A DNA stretch of 64,000 nucleotides from a bacterium (GTDB lineage: Bacteria > UBA8248), in the NCBI GenBank assembly GCA_965221165.1, contig CBDCRP010000003.1, positions 1,952,001-2,016,000 on the forward strand, given 5' to 3'. A program made the translations under genes and the position numbers. The notes below the pieces were generated by a model. It worked only from the letters and a program-made list of their open reading frames with translations, had not been told where the DNA came from and did no database searches. This document shows, in pieces, positions 19,675-28,928 of this stretch; position 1 is the first letter of the stretch, and the number at the start of each line of letters is the position of its first letter.

Positions 19675-20331
19675 TCATTTGTTCAGGCGGCCGAAAAAAT
19701 AGCCCGCGCAAAGACCCAGAACGACCCAGAACACCAACGAGCCCACGAGCGCCGTGAGGATGAAACTGTTCACGAGCGCCTCGGGAGCCAGGCCGCCGCC
19801 CGCTTCGGGACGCGGGGGGCCGATTACGTGCGGCAAAATGAGGAGGACGACCCCCAATGCCTTGAAGAGCGCCCCCGGCTTGAAGGCCAGCAAAAGGAGC
19901 CCTGCGGCCGTGCCCGCCACGGTGAGAATCCACCAAAGCTGCCTGTGCGGCAGGGGCGCGGCGGCGGTTCCGGGGAGTTCGGGCGGCAGGCCCACCGAGG
20001 GCGCGAGAGCGAAGACGATGAATCCGCCCACCCCCCAGAGGATGCCCCGCCGCCAGTCCACGTCCCCGCGAAGGGCGAACCCGCCGACGAGCAAAAGCGC
20101 GAAACCAATCGCCGAGACGACGTTCGAGACCAGGGTGAGCGCCAAGCGCGAGAGGCCATCCCCCTCATCCGCATGGTCTTCATGGGTCTGGGGAATGGGG
20201 ATGGGTTCTCGCCTCTCGTATTTTTCCGCCTCGTATATCAAGGGGATGACGCGAACCGACTGGACGGCGGTGGCGAAAAGCCCCGCGATTACGCCCGAGA
20301 CCACGGCCGCAAAAAAGATTCTCTGGAACAC
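19675..20331 (-). CDS. cbtA: Putative cobalt transporter CbtA
   Basis: PLIYEAEKYE, LAPSVGLPPELPG, RQLWW, PHVIG. Confidence 0.88.
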   Translation of the reverse strand: MFQRIFFAAVVSGVIAGLFATAVQSVRVIPLIYEAEKYERREPIPIPQTHEDHADEGDGLSRLALTLVSNVVSAIGFALLLVGGFALRGDVDWRRGILWGVGGFIVFALAPSVGLPPELPGTAAAPLPHRQLWWILTVAGTAAGLLLLAFKPGALFKALGVVLLILPHVIGPPRPEAGGGLAPEALVNSFILTALVGSLVFWVVLGLCAGYFFGRLNK

Positions 20332-20376
20332 CTCAGCTCCCCCGGTCGTCCGTAAACGCAGGGCGCGGCTCGGTTT

Positions 20377-20760
20377 TTACTTCATCTCCATCATCTCGAC
20401 GACGACGCCGTCGGGGCCTTCCACGTAGGCGAAATAGAGCTCGTCCGCCTCGCCTTCGGCGATGACGTTTCCGCCACGGGAGCGGACCTCTGCGACCGCA
20501 TCGCCGATTTTGCCCTCCACGCAATACGCATAGTGGTCGATGCTGTAGCGCGGCCAGCCGCCCGGCCTCGCCGCGAGTTCCTCGCCGTCCCGCTTGCCGC
20601 GAATGATGATGCTCGCCCCGTGAACGTCGAGATAGACCTGCGGCGCGCCGCCTCTGTCGATGCGGTTGGTCTCGGTCGCTCCGAAAACGTTCATGTAGAA
20701 GGCCACCGCCTCGTCCACGTCGGTGTGCACGCAATGAATATGATCGAACGTCAGCTTCAT
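20377..20760 (-). CDS. VOC/glyoxalase family protein
   Basis: FDHIH, FY..VFG, IDHYAY, EGPDGVVVE. Confidence 0.85.
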   Translation of the reverse strand: MKLTFDHIHCVHTDVDEAVAFYMNVFGATETNRIDRGGAPQVYLDVHGASIIIRGKRDGEELAARPGGWPRYSIDHYAYCVEGKIGDAVAEVRSRGGNVIAEGEADELYFAYVEGPDGVVVEMMEMK

Positions 20761-20812
20761 TTCTTCTTATCTCCCGTTGGGTATGGATTGAAAAACCTGC
20801 GTTTCGCTTCCT

Positions 20813-21250
20813 TCAAGCCGCCGGGTCCACCCAGTTGAGTTCGAGCAGATTTCCGTCGGGGTCCTTGAAAAAAATCGTTTTTCTCTCGGGCACGCGGGAC
20901 AATATGCCGGAGAGCAACTCCACGCCCGCATCGCGCAGGTGCGCCACGGCCGCTTCCATGTCCTTCACCCAGAAGGTGAGGTAGCGAAAACCCGCCGCCG
21001 AATCCGCCGGCCCATCGCTTGCGGCGGGACTTTCGCCGAATTCGAGCAGCTTGATCAGGATATCGCCCGATTTCAAGGCGTGGAGCTTCACGCCGTCTCG
21101 CGCAAAACCCGCCGCGCGCACGAAATCGCCCGGCACCTCGATAGTCGCCACCTCTTCCAAGCCGAGCACCTCGGTGTAGAATTTTTTCATCTTACGTAAG
21201 TTTCTCGTCGAAAGCCCTATGTCCACACCGCCGCGCGTGGTCTCGAACAT
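20813..21250 (-). CDS. VOC/glyoxalase family protein
   Basis: FYTEVLGL, FFKDPDGNLLEL. Confidence 0.85.
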   Translation of the reverse strand: MFETTRGGVDIGLSTRNLRKMKKFYTEVLGLEEVATIEVPGDFVRAAGFARDGVKLHALKSGDILIKLLEFGESPAASDGPADSAAGFRYLTFWVKDMEAAVAHLRDAGVELLSGILSRVPERKTIFFKDPDGNLLELNWVDPAA

Positions 21251-21488
21251 ACCCCTCTCCTCATGGACGCTCCCCGAAAAGGGAGTGAACCTCCTTATTC
21301 GCGTTGCGCAAAATAAAGGTCGAAGATACATTATTTCCACATAAAGAGAAAATATACCGGAGGGTGCGCGCCGCGCGAGAGAGAACGATCCATAGGCGCT
21401 CTTCTCCGCAAGGGAGCGGTTTCATCGGCAAGGGTAAGTGGAGAGTGAACCAGGTATGCGCAAGGCCCCGGCGTTTTCTCTATAACGT

Positions 21489-22223
21489 TTAAGAATCCGC
21501 CACCGGCGGCCAGATGCGCCTCCCCGTACTCGGGGATCCGGGCGCATGCACGAGACTGCCCACCATCTCGCGCGACCAGTCCTCGCTTTCGAGCTCTTTT
21601 TGAAAATAATGCTCGACCGACGAGTTCAGGTCGAACTCATAGAGCACGGCGTGCTTGGCCCATCCGTACACCGAAACCAGCTTGCGCATGCCCACGCAGC
21701 CCTCGAGCGTCCGCATCCGGGGAAAGCGAAGCTGCACGTACCACGCGCCCATGCCCTCCTCGTTGGCGAGCGCGTTGATGTTGAAACTCCCCATCTGGAT
21801 TCTCGGGCCCGGCGTGATGCCCGGAGCGCGCTGCGCAATCTCGGGGCCGTCGATGCGCCCCGTTTCCACGAAAACACACGCGCGCGCGCCCAAGCGCATC
21901 CCCAGCATCTCGCGCTCATCCGGTCCCCAGCCCTCGGCCAACTGCGCAGGAGAGGGGTTCAGGAACGTGTGTACGCTCTCGGCGCCGAAAAGCATCAGAT
22001 ATCCGTTGCCCTCCGGCACGGAGGGGTCTTCGGTATGCGTGAGGCGCCTGTTCACGTTTTGCTTGCGCTCCTCGCTCTTGTCGTTGTCCACGTGCGCCGC
22101 CCACAGGTAGCCGGGCCGCTCCAGCATTTCCGGCAGATGCACGTCGTGAAGCCATGCGATGTACTCTTTCGCCCCCTCGGCGGGCAGGTCGTACCACGTC
22201 GCCCAAATTGCTCTATCCATCAA
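21489..22223 (-). CDS. Hypothetical protein, likely tandem dimeric alpha/beta-barrel (EthD/DUF4286-like)
   Basis: Two similar halves: EYIAWLHDVHLPEMLERPG and GAWYVQLRFPRMRTLEG. Confidence 0.6.
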   Translation of the reverse strand: MMDRAIWATWYDLPAEGAKEYIAWLHDVHLPEMLERPGYLWAAHVDNDKSEERKQNVNRRLTHTEDPSVPEGNGYLMLFGAESVHTFLNPSPAQLAEGWGPDEREMLGMRLGARACVFVETGRIDGPEIAQRAPGITPGPRIQMGSFNINALANEEGMGAWYVQLRFPRMRTLEGCVGMRKLVSVYGWAKHAVLYEFDLNSSVEHYFQKELESEDWSREMVGSLVHAPGSPSTGRRIWPPVADS

Positions 22224-22258
22224 AATTCTCCATGTGCGTCATATCCCCACCCATCGAC

Positions 22259-23821
22259 TCATCTTGTGTTTCCATTCGATCTCTTGTACTCGCGGCGGGG
22301 TTCTATCCCCAGTTTCTTCATCCGGCTCTGAAGCGTCGTGGGCTTCATCCCCAAGATGCGAGCCGCTCCCCTGTCTCCGGAAACCCGCCCGCCGGTATGC
22401 TCCAGCACCTGCAGAATATAGCGTCTGTCATACTCTTCGAGCGACGTGAAGTCACCCTCTTTCGCCGAGGGGGGAGGCTCGCCCAAAAGCTGCTTGTCGA
22501 ACCGGAGAACCGGGCCGCGCCCCAGGACGAGCCCGCGCTCCACCACGTTCTCGAGTTCTCTGATGTTTCCGGGCCAATCGTAGCGCATGAGACGTTCCAG
22601 AGCCTGAGGGTCCACGGATTTGATCTGCCGGTTCATGCGGCGTCCATGCTTCCCCACGAAATAATCGACCAGTTCGGGAATATCCTCCTTGCGGTCCCTG
22701 AGCGGCGGGGTATCGATGGGTATCACGTTCAGGCGAAAGTAAAGATCGTCGCGAAACCGGCCCCGGCGGACTTCTTCCTCCAGATCCCTGTTCGTGGCGG
22801 CGATGATTCTCACGTCCACCTTGAGCGTCTGGTTGCCGCCGACCCTCTCGAACTCCCGCTCCTGCATGACTCTGAGAATCTTCACCTGCGCCTCGGGGGA
22901 TATTTCGCCTATTTCATCGAGAAAAATCGTGCCCTTGTCCGCAATCTCGAAGCGGCCCTGTTTTCTGCCCACGGCTCCGGTGAACGCGCCCTTCTCGTAG
23001 CCGAACAACTCGCTCAGCAGCAGCGTCTCCTGCAAAGCCGCGCAGTTCACCTTCACCAGCACGCGGTTTCGGCGCGCGCTCATGTTGTGGATGCCCCGCG
23101 CGACGAGTTCCTTGCCGGTTCCCGTCTCGCCCAGGATGAGCACCGTGGCGTCGGTGGGCGCAACCCGGCCAATCAGTTCCCTGACTTCCTCCACTGCCCG
23201 GCTCGAGCCGGTGAGTTCATCCGGATTGTGGATCTCCTTTATCTGATCCCGCAGATGAAGCGTTTCCTGGTGAAAATCATCCTTTATCTCTTCGAGTTGG
23301 GCGTAGGTCCGCGCGTTCGCCACGGCCGTGGCGATGGCCGGCGTGAGTTCACAGAGAAACTCGGCCATCTCCTCGGTAAACTGGTCGGGCATACTGCTGG
23401 CCACGGCGATTTCGCCGAAAACGTCATCGCCTATGACGAGTGGAGCGCGAATGCCGCTCCTCAGGCCGCGCCGGAAAACGCCTTCATCCTCGGCGAAAAA
23501 GCGTTCCCTGTCCAAATCCCTGTAAATGACGTAGGGTTCTTCTCGATGCTCGATGAGCCAGCCCAGCGTACCGCCCTCGAGCGGTATGTCTTCACGAGGC
23601 GCTTCTAGTATCTCGTCACTCGAAGCGAGCGCCCGGATGGTGTAGGTCTTCTTGTCCGGGTTGACGAGATAGAGCACGAAATGCTCCAGCGGGAATATCG
23701 CCTTCGCCTCGTGCGCCACGCGGCTCAAGACGACTTCCAGGTCCAGGCTCGAATTGAGCACGTGGCCCACCCGCTGGATGACGCGCAGTCTCTCTTCGGT
23801 GGATAGTGTGTGAACAACCAA
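22259..23821 (-). CDS. Sigma54-dependent activator, GAF-AAA+-HTH (FhlA-like)
   Basis: GETGTGKE, GAFTGA, FLDEIGE, WPGNIRELEN, C-terminal HTH, N-terminal GAF-like domain. Confidence 0.93.
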   Translation of the reverse strand: MVVHTLSTEERLRVIQRVGHVLNSSLDLEVVLSRVAHEAKAIFPLEHFVLYLVNPDKKTYTIRALASSDEILEAPREDIPLEGGTLGWLIEHREEPYVIYRDLDRERFFAEDEGVFRRGLRSGIRAPLVIGDDVFGEIAVASSMPDQFTEEMAEFLCELTPAIATAVANARTYAQLEEIKDDFHQETLHLRDQIKEIHNPDELTGSSRAVEEVRELIGRVAPTDATVLILGETGTGKELVARGIHNMSARRNRVLVKVNCAALQETLLLSELFGYEKGAFTGAVGRKQGRFEIADKGTIFLDEIGEISPEAQVKILRVMQEREFERVGGNQTLKVDVRIIAATNRDLEEEVRRGRFRDDLYFRLNVIPIDTPPLRDRKEDIPELVDYFVGKHGRRMNRQIKSVDPQALERLMRYDWPGNIRELENVVERGLVLGRGPVLRFDKQLLGEPPPSAKEGDFTSLEEYDRRYILQVLEHTGGRVSGDRGAARILGMKPTTLQSRMKKLGIEPRREYKRSNGNTR

Positions 23822-23914
23822 CGCTGCTCCCCCCGGCTTACAAAATGAGAAAGGAAGGCTATCATATAAAAAAGATTTTGGGATTCATAATTCTACCGAT
23901 AAAAAGATCATGCC

Positions 23915-25078
23915 ATGAAACCGCTATCACTTTACATCCACATTCCCTTTTGCATCGCCAAGTGCGGGTATTGCGATTTCAACTCCTACGCCCTCGATAC
24001 CCTCCTGGAGAAGGGCCACGTCGACGACGACTGGGCGGGCCGCTATGCGGATGCGCTGATGGAGGAAACGAAAGGCCGCGTCGAGGAATTTTCCCTGGAA
24101 GACCGGAGGGTGGAGACGATATTTTTCGGCGGGGGCACGCCCTCGCTCTTTCCGCCCGAGGAGACGAAGCGCGTTCTGGACCTCGTCACCGGGTCGTTCG
24201 ACCTGGATGCCGATTGTGAAATCACGCTGGAGGCGAACCCCGGGGCGGCGGAGGCCGAGCGCTTCGCCGCATTGCGCGAGGCGGGCATCAACCGCATCAG
24301 CATCGGCGTGCAGACGTTCGATGACGGGGCGCTTAAAAGACTCGACCGGGTTCACTCGGGCGATGACGCCCAAAAAGCGTTTCGCGCGGCACGCAAAGCC
24401 GGGTTTTCCAACGTTTCGCTCGACCTCATGTTCGGCATTCCGCACCAGACGATGGCCATGGCCAGGCGGGACATCGAATGCGCCATCGGTCTCGGGCCCG
24501 AGCATCTCTCCGCCTATGAACTCACCATCGAGCCGGGCACGGCGTTTCATGCGCAACAGGCGCGGGGAGAATTGAGCGGCCTTCCCGACGAGGAAACGGC
24601 CCTGCTCATGTGGACGCTCAGGGATTCGACCCTGGCCGCCGCCGGTTTCGAGCGCTATGAGATCAGCAATTTCGCAAAACCCGGGTTCGCGTGCAGGCAC
24701 AACCTGAATTACTGGCGGCGGGGGGACTATCTCGGCCTCGGCGCAGGCGCGCATTCTCTCATGGAGGGGGAGCGTATATGGAACCACGCCAGGCCCGACG
24801 TCTACGCGCAGAGCGCGAGCGGCCCCACCGCCGGCGCCGAGCGTGTGGATGAACCGCAAAAAGCGATTGGCGAGTCCTTGATGCTCGGACTCCGCATGAA
24901 AGAGGGCGTTTCGCTCAAACGAATCGCGCAGGAATGCGGCGCAGACCCCGAGGAGGAGTTCGGGGAGTTGTTTGAAGAGCTGGAGAACTCCGGCCTGGTG
25001 GCGAGGCGGAACGGCCACCTTCTCTTGTCGGAAAAAGGAACGCTTCTGGCCAATCAGGTATTGGCGAAATTCTTGTAG
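23915..25078 (+). CDS. hemW: Radical SAM heme chaperone HemW
   Basis: YIHIPFC..KCGYCDF, GGGTPS, YEISNF, HNLNYW. Confidence 0.92.
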   Translation: MKPLSLYIHIPFCIAKCGYCDFNSYALDTLLEKGHVDDDWAGRYADALMEETKGRVEEFSLEDRRVETIFFGGGTPSLFPPEETKRVLDLVTGSFDLDADCEITLEANPGAAEAERFAALREAGINRISIGVQTFDDGALKRLDRVHSGDDAQKAFRAARKAGFSNVSLDLMFGIPHQTMAMARRDIECAIGLGPEHLSAYELTIEPGTAFHAQQARGELSGLPDEETALLMWTLRDSTLAAAGFERYEISNFAKPGFACRHNLNYWRRGDYLGLGAGAHSLMEGERIWNHARPDVYAQSASGPTAGAERVDEPQKAIGESLMLGLRMKEGVSLKRIAQECGADPEEEFGELFEELENSGLVARRNGHLLLSEKGTLLANQVLAKFL

Positions 25079-25090
25079 AGGAGAGCGATT

Positions 25091-25510
25091 ATGCCTCCCG
25101 TGGCGGTCATCGAAAAAATACGCGCGCCCGCGGAAAAAGTGTTCGATTTCATCGGCCACGTGCAAACGCATCCCGAAATCGCGGATTTCAGCCAGAGCGT
25201 AAAAATCATATCCGAGCGAAAAAGCGGGGTGGGTATGCGCTTTCACCAGGTCTACACGAGCGGGGCCGAGCACGTCTCGGAAATCATGGTCTGGGAGCCG
25301 AACAGAAAAATCGTGTGGCACAATTTCGAGGACGATGCGAAAACGCCCGTCATGATCATCAGCTACTACTTCGAGGAAGAAGGCCCCTACACCCACGTTC
25401 TACACACGGTCGAGACCGATGAATACGAAAACCAGGCCAAACACCGCGACGGCACCTTGAGAAACATCCGCGAACTCACGAACCTGAAGAGGATTCTGGA
25501 GGGGACTTAA
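25091..25510 (+). CDS. SRPBCC/START-like protein
   Basis: IRAPAEKVFDF..GVGMRF..WEPNRKIVW..LTNLKRILE. Confidence 0.75.
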   Translation: MPPVAVIEKIRAPAEKVFDFIGHVQTHPEIADFSQSVKIISERKSGVGMRFHQVYTSGAEHVSEIMVWEPNRKIVWHNFEDDAKTPVMIISYYFEEEGPYTHVLHTVETDEYENQAKHRDGTLRNIRELTNLKRILEGT

Positions 25511-25540
25511 GTCGATTATCCCGTTGAGAAACCCACGGGA

Positions 25541-25957
25541 CTATAGTTCCTTGGGAGATGACTTGTAGAATCTGAAGACCCTAGGTGTTGTATGTTCTGA
25601 TGATTCAAGGCCCTGACAAATTTTCGATAATATTGATTCGCTTATAGGCGTGTGTGACTGAAATTTATTTTCGTGGATGCCCTTTGTGAGTTTATTTACC
25701 TCCTCTATTCGGGCTTTTCGGTAAACGACGAAGCTTTTACGTTTCACAAATCTATGCTCGCCAGGTTCCAGAACACAGGCGGGATCATGATTTTTATGGT
25801 CATAAATGGTTGAAAGACTTACAAGCAACACTCTCTTAACGCCATCGCCCATATCGTCAAATGGATTCGTGAGAACAACGAACAAGTGCATCCGATCAGG
25901 GTCATCATCAGGCCCGGATGGAATAAGGAGAGTAGCTCCTGGATATGGCAGGAACAT
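25541..25957 (-). CDS. Putative PemK/MazF-like toxin
   Basis: HLFVVLTN..LVSLST..DPACVL..GEHRFV..S pattern; starts 2 nt after the Panacea gene stop; AT-rich. Confidence 0.55.
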   Translation of the reverse strand: MFLPYPGATLLIPSGPDDDPDRMHLFVVLTNPFDDMGDGVKRVLLVSLSTIYDHKNHDPACVLEPGEHRFVKRKSFVVYRKARIEEVNKLTKGIHENKFQSHTPISESILSKICQGLESSEHTTPRVFRFYKSSPKEL

Positions 25958-25959
25958 TC

Positions 25960-26514
25960 TTACAGAGACTGAAAGATTCTGTCGATCTTTATTTCATCAT
26001 CAATCTCATTGGATAATTGACTTGCTTGCTGTTCTTCATATCCAAGAGCCAAAAAGATGTCTTTGTATGCTATGGGCAATGATGTTCCTCGTGGATCTTT
26101 CCATTCTTGAAGGGAGTGGGTGTAGTCTCTAATTTGCCATTTATCAAAATCACCGAATTCTTTCCAAATATGTTCAAGAATATCCTTATCAGCTTTGCTT
26201 AGTTCATCAAAATCGTCATCACTTACCTGTTTTTCGAGCACGACATCATATCTCTGTCTAGGGGGTATCCACGAATCCCAACCATCTTCAACGGAGTCGA
26301 TAGCCGCACCATTGGCGAGGTCAAGCGTATTCGACAAGACTGGCCCATGATCCATCGAAACCACACGGTCGCCAGTCATCGGCATCCCGTAGCGCTTCAA
26401 TGACTCTCGCTCGGCGAGATATAAAAGCTTCATTAGCTTGAGTATCGCCATTTTCCCGCCTTCACATTGGAGAAAATGTGCGGCCATTTGTGCGACTTTT
26501 CGCTCGTTAAACAT
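25960..26514 (-). CDS. Panacea-domain (DUF4065/SocA-like) antitoxin
   Basis: KLMKLLYLAER, MDHGPVLS, YTHSLQEW. Confidence 0.85.
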   Translation of the reverse strand: MFNERKVAQMAAHFLQCEGGKMAILKLMKLLYLAERESLKRYGMPMTGDRVVSMDHGPVLSNTLDLANGAAIDSVEDGWDSWIPPRQRYDVVLEKQVSDDDFDELSKADKDILEHIWKEFGDFDKWQIRDYTHSLQEWKDPRGTSLPIAYKDIFLALGYEEQQASQLSNEIDDEIKIDRIFQSL

Positions 26515-26680
26515 TATGATGTCCCCACCTGAATGAGGTTTGCTTCTTCACTGGTGTCTTCTTCTTTGGAAATGTCTTGTTAGTTGAAGCATGGTTTCAC
26601 CCCGCACTCAGGGCATTTCTTGATATCTAGTTCGCCCCCTCCCGCGTATAAAAAGAGAAAGGACGGTATAAATCCCCGAC

Positions 26681-26747
26681 GCTAGGTGGCCCACGGCACC
26701 CCTCTTGAAAAGGGGGATTTCGGGTTCAAATCCCGACTTGGGCAACA
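26681..26747 (+). ncRNA. tRNA-like element or pseudo-tRNA with miniature D-arm
   Basis: Imperfect acceptor GCTAGG/CTTGGGC, D arm GCC-CAC-GGC, anticodon arm CCCCT-CTTGAAA-AGGGG, T arm TCGGG-TTCAAAT-CCCGA, 3' end A-ACA. Confidence 0.55.
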
Positions 26748-27026
26748 TGAATTCTGTATGATTGACTAATGGTTATAGATTACATGAGATGTTACGGTAA
26801 ATACAAGGAAAGCCAGGGCGCGCTCCATCACTGAGAATTCCTCCTTGGGGTTTCGGGGGGATTTGCCATGAGGCGGAAGGAATTTATCGGCACCATCTTG
26901 TGCCATATCAACTGCATTTAGCCATACTCTAATGATGCATTGCAAGTCAAGCGTTTTCCGAATGAATACCGTATCTCCATCATCCAGTGTTGCACGTCAC
27001 CAAGGGCACATGTATCCCGCCGGATA

Positions 27027-28808
27027 TTATGAGGAAACCTCCTCCCATTCCTCACAAAGGCGTTTTCCTAAATCCGGCGAGACGAGAATCGTCTCGTGCC
27101 CCCCGATAAGCACCTGCCCGGGGCGACCCCCCTTCGGCCTCCTTAAACGCGAGAACCGAAGATAGGCGACGGCGAGTTTGGAATCCGTCCTGCCCCGGCT
27201 GAAATACGCCGCGAACGCCGCCGCCTGGGCGAGAATTTCCCCGTCCGGCTCCACTACCGGCCCATCGTCGGCGCGGCGAAGGAGCACGTGGCTTCCCGGA
27301 ACACCCCGGGCGTGAAACCACGTGTCGCTCGCGCGGCCCACGCGCCGGAGCAACTCGTCGTTGCCCATGGCGTTCTTGCCGACGATGGCCTCCCAGCCCG
27401 CAGGCGAAACGAACCGCCTGTAGGGCCTGGTGCGCACGGCCTGCCTGCCCTTCGTCCGCGCGTCTTCTTTTCGTTTTTTCTCTCTCCCCCGCCCGGCGTA
27501 GCCCGCTTGCGCCAACGCCTCTTCCACACCGTCCAGGTCCTCCACATCATCCGCCGTTTCCAGATCGAAGGTCAGCGAGCCTACGAACGCCTCCTCATCC
27601 TTCATTTCCCCTAAGCGCGCCAGCCCGGTCGAGGCCCGGCGCTTGAGTTTCTTGTAGCGGCGGAAATATTTTTGCGCATTCTCGGAGGGCGTGAGCTTGG
27701 GGTCGAGCGCGATTTCCACCGGCCCATCCGGGGTCCGGGCGGAGAAGATTTTTGCTTTTTCCTTCACCTCGCCCAGATGCTCGAGCAGCAACTCTCCTTT
27801 TCTCAAAACCGCTTCGGCCTCGCCTGCGGATTCCAAATCCCCCCGCACCGCCTCTATCGACCCGCGTATCCGCTCCTGCACGCGGCGGAGCATCTTGGAG
27901 ACTTTTCTTTTCCGCTCACCCAGCCGGGCGCCCTTCACGAGCCTTCCGTAAAACGCATCCGCCGCATCGTTCATGGAATCAAAAACACGGTATGAAGCCG
28001 CATCGCTACCTGCGATTCGGGCCGCGCTCAGCCCCACGGGGTCACCGCCTTCTCCCAGCAGCCAGGCGGGGGTGAATTCTTTTTTCCGGTAGCTCTCGAT
28101 CGCCCCCATCAGCGCATCCGCCGCCCCCGCCCATTCCTCATCGGCTGAAGAGGCGCGAGCGAGCTCCCGGGCGAGGGCCGGGCTCACGCCCGTGACCGAG
28201 CGAACGAGCCACCCGGCGAACTCCTCCCGGGTGGCGGAGCGCAGGTCCGCTTCGCGCATCATCTCTAGAATCGCTTCTTTCGTGAGCACGCCCGGGCTTG
28301 CCTTTTTTTGCTCGGGCGGCAGTCGATACCTGCCCCCCCTCTCGAGCGGACGCGCGGTGTGGGGAGCGGGCGGAACCAGCCTCTTGGCTTCCAGAATCTC
28401 GCCCGTAGCGCCGTTTAAGAGCACCAGATTGCTCCACCGGCCCATCACTTCGGCCATCAGCGCGAAGGAATCGCCCCCCCCGGGGCCGCGCCCCCGCTCG
28501 AAGGAAAACTGCAAGACGCGCTCCCAATCTCCGGCCGCCGCGCGGGTGAGGCGCAATCCGCCGAGATACTTTCTGAGCGTTCTACAAAACGTGGGCGCCT
28601 CGGGCAGGCTCTGCGGAGGGTCTGCGGTCAAGTGAACGCGCGGGTGTGCGGGGTCCGCGCTCACGAGGAGGCAGCGTCCCCTTTTTCCGGAGCCCGAGAA
28701 AAACAGAGTGACCGTATGCGGGTCGACCTGAGAGATTCTCTCGAGGCGCGCGCCCAGAATGTTTCCGTTTAATTCCGCCGCTATCGCCTGAAGCACGAAA
28801 GTATCCAT
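27027..28808 (-). CDS. rqcH: NFACT/Rqc2 ribosome quality control protein
   Basis: MD start, F..LRKYL, WER, EVMGRWSN, ENAQKYF, GKNA.GND, WFHARGVPGSHV; true start at 28808. Confidence 0.9.
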   Translation of the reverse strand: MDTFVLQAIAAELNGNILGARLERISQVDPHTVTLFFSGSGKRGRCLLVSADPAHPRVHLTADPPQSLPEAPTFCRTLRKYLGGLRLTRAAAGDWERVLQFSFERGRGPGGGDSFALMAEVMGRWSNLVLLNGATGEILEAKRLVPPAPHTARPLERGGRYRLPPEQKKASPGVLTKEAILEMMREADLRSATREEFAGWLVRSVTGVSPALARELARASSADEEWAGAADALMGAIESYRKKEFTPAWLLGEGGDPVGLSAARIAGSDAASYRVFDSMNDAADAFYGRLVKGARLGERKRKVSKMLRRVQERIRGSIEAVRGDLESAGEAEAVLRKGELLLEHLGEVKEKAKIFSARTPDGPVEIALDPKLTPSENAQKYFRRYKKLKRRASTGLARLGEMKDEEAFVGSLTFDLETADDVEDLDGVEEALAQAGYAGRGREKKRKEDARTKGRQAVRTRPYRRFVSPAGWEAIVGKNAMGNDELLRRVGRASDTWFHARGVPGSHVLLRRADDGPVVEPDGEILAQAAAFAAYFSRGRTDSKLAVAYLRFSRLRRPKGGRPGQVLIGGHETILVSPDLGKRLCEEWEEVSS

Positions 28809-28928
28809 GAGCCCGCCTCCATCCGCACATTTTTCCCGGAGCCGCATAAATTGACAGGCCCCGGCCGGAAAATTATTGTAGACTCTTTCAGGTGGACTGT
28901 TAATGACGAACGCATCGCGGAGCGAACC

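Noticed and set aside
22154-25396. Long ORFs 22154-23608 (+) and 23927-25396 (-)
   Set aside because: Antisense shadows of the sigma54 activator and hemW in GC-rich DNA; no recognisable motifs
26595-26650. Minus-strand KKCPECG* zinc-ribbon-like fragment
   Set aside because: In-frame stop upstream, no start codon and no second CxxC
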